DNA of 64,000 nucleotides from a virus (Duplodnaviria; Caudoviricetes): IMG/VR virus record IMGVR_UViG_2744054987_000003, positions 1 to 64,000 of that record; one strand, 5' to 3'. Shown piece by piece: positions 62,535 to 64,000 of this stretch (position 1 is its first letter; each line of letters starts with the position of its first letter). The notes under the pieces were generated by a model. It saw only the letters and a program-made list of their open reading frames with translations, ran no database searches and was not told where the DNA came from. The position numbers and the translations under genes were made by a program.

Positions 62535-62700
62535 TATTCTCCATCCTCCAAAAGATGTCGCGGGACAATGGTCATCTCGGCTTGTTCTGCCGCTGTGTAT
62601 TTGTGCATCTCCATGGATGCGCGCTCGTAACGATCTGTCACGCACACGATTTGGGGGAAGCGTCCTGACTCGCGTGTGAACATCAGGACGTAGACATTTC

Positions 62701-62880
62701 TCATGCCTCCGTCAGCTGCTTGAGGCGTTCGACGGCGTGGTCGACCACGCGAAGGGCGTGCGTGCTGTCGAATCCTCCCGAAGTGATGGGAGGCTCCCAA
62801 CACATCGAGCCAGCGCCAACGACCTGTGCCATCAGCGACTCAATGCTTTCCGCGTCATGGAAAAGGTTCTGCTCTGTCAT
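62701..62880 (-). CDS. Small conserved actinophage protein
   Basis: Q-x-x-GA-x-SMCWE...G-x-FDS-x-x-A. Confidence 0.55.
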   Translation of the reverse strand: MTEQNLFHDAESIESLMAQVVGAGSMCWEPPITSGGFDSTHALRVVDHAVERLKQLTEA

Positions 62881-63875
62881 GAGACGAGCAGCTGTTCGCA
62901 CGTCTGGCAACGGCGGATGGTCTCGGCGGTGTCGAAACTCAGCCGACCGCCGAGCTGCTGCAAGGCCAGCTGGGTGCTGTACTTGACGCCCTGGTTGGCG
63001 ACCGTGGTGAAGCACTGGGTGACGTCGTAGACGCTGGCGTTCGACGGCAACTGGTTGATCAGATCCATGATCGTGTTGCGTACCCGCACAGGCAGACCGA
63101 CTTCGCGAGCCAACTGCATAGCGAAGGCCAGCGGCGAGCCGGGCGGAGCGATCTCGGCAGTGGCCGCATAGCTTTCCAGCTGCCTGTCGAGGGTGCCGAG
63201 CACCTGCTCTGCGGCGCACTCCATCTCGTCAAGCACTTCTTCGATCGTGCGGCCCTTGAGCTTGATCTGGCCCTGCTTGAGGTCAGTGGTCATGCCGTTG
63301 GTGCACGCCAGGCGGCACAGATAGGTCGAAACCACCGGTGCCTTGACCTGGTTGGGATAAACCAGGAAGCGCACGCCTCCGGCGGTGATGTCACCGACCT
63401 CAGGCCGTCCAGGGATGCCGTTGGGGTTGGGTACGTCGACCTGGTAGCGGTCGCTGGAGACGTCGAGGTGGAATGTCTTGTCGTCGCGGCGGAAGTCGCG
63501 AACGTCGTCCTCGGGCAAAAACACTCGGGTGACCATGTCGACAACCTCATCGAGCGGCAGCATCAGCAGACCGCGTGGGTAGATGCTGACGAGGTTGTTG
63601 CCGATGCCTTCGACGACGGTCTCGGCCTCCGACCATTTGTCACGCCAGTAGCGCATGGTGGTGGCCCGAAAGTCGACCGGGCAGGACTTGAGGTAGGGGG
63701 TCGGGATCTTGAGATACTTGCCGAACAGCGAGGTGGCCTGCTCGTCGAGCATGAACGGCTGGTCGTTGACGGTGATGGAGCTGGCATCGTCAGCGATGTC
63801 GATCTCGCCGAGCGTGGTAGCGATGCGCAATTCGTTGCGCCCCATCATCGATGCTTCGAGTTCCTTGACCTTCAT
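62877..63875 (-). CDS. DUF932-like protein (second, divergent)
   Basis: VGDI-x-x-GG, YL-x-RLACTNGM; C-terminal CQTC. Confidence 0.65.
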   Translation of the reverse strand: MKVKELEASMMGRNELRIATTLGEIDIADDASSITVNDQPFMLDEQATSLFGKYLKIPTPYLKSCPVDFRATTMRYWRDKWSEAETVVEGIGNNLVSIYPRGLLMLPLDEVVDMVTRVFLPEDDVRDFRRDDKTFHLDVSSDRYQVDVPNPNGIPGRPEVGDITAGGVRFLVYPNQVKAPVVSTYLCRLACTNGMTTDLKQGQIKLKGRTIEEVLDEMECAAEQVLGTLDRQLESYAATAEIAPPGSPLAFAMQLAREVGLPVRVRNTIMDLINQLPSNASVYDVTQCFTTVANQGVKYSTQLALQQLGGRLSFDTAETIRRCQTCEQLLVS

Positions 63876-64000
63876 GCAGCGAGACTCCCTGGTCGGATGC
63901 TAGACAGTTAACGGATGAAAGCTATATTAGCACTAGCCATGTGCCCCACGCCACCGTCAGTTTCGACGACGTGCCAACGGACTTGACAGTAGTTGTGTAG

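Overview
A 64 kb segment of a large, GC-rich, integrase-bearing (temperate) actinobacteriophage or prophage, most likely mycobacterial. It starts at an att core matching the 3' half of tRNA-Lys(UUU), next to a short tyrosine integrase. Almost all other genes are on the minus strand. Recognisable modules: a split lysis system (LysB plus a holin near 1-3 kb, GH25-type Lysin A near 18 kb, a second holin near 22 kb); TerL with a LAGLIDADG intein; scattered tail/fibre genes; a phage tmRNA followed by an unassigned structured RNA and a CCA-ending tRNA mimic; nucleotide-housekeeping enzymes; two HNH endonucleases; two secreted PE-PPE hydrolases; and a glycosyltransferase/methyltransferase cluster. 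No capsid, portal, tape measure or polymerase gene was recognised, so the genome extends beyond the window. The best candidate for a new system is three unrelated multidomain proteins that share the N-terminal peptide RRI[IL]TAxEQ and have basic-x-Ala linkers (e.g. IRTA) between effector domains (ADP-ribosyltransferase-like, GNAT, ParB-like). This suggests capsid-targeted, protease-processed injected polyproteins. An HDAC and an ADP-ribosylhydrolase remnant lie nearby as possible erasers. Two promoter-like motif classes (TAGACA-N18-TANNNT, often leaderless; CCTGAATAGGTG, putatively late) organise the mosaic. All calls are by eye from motifs; no database searches were run.
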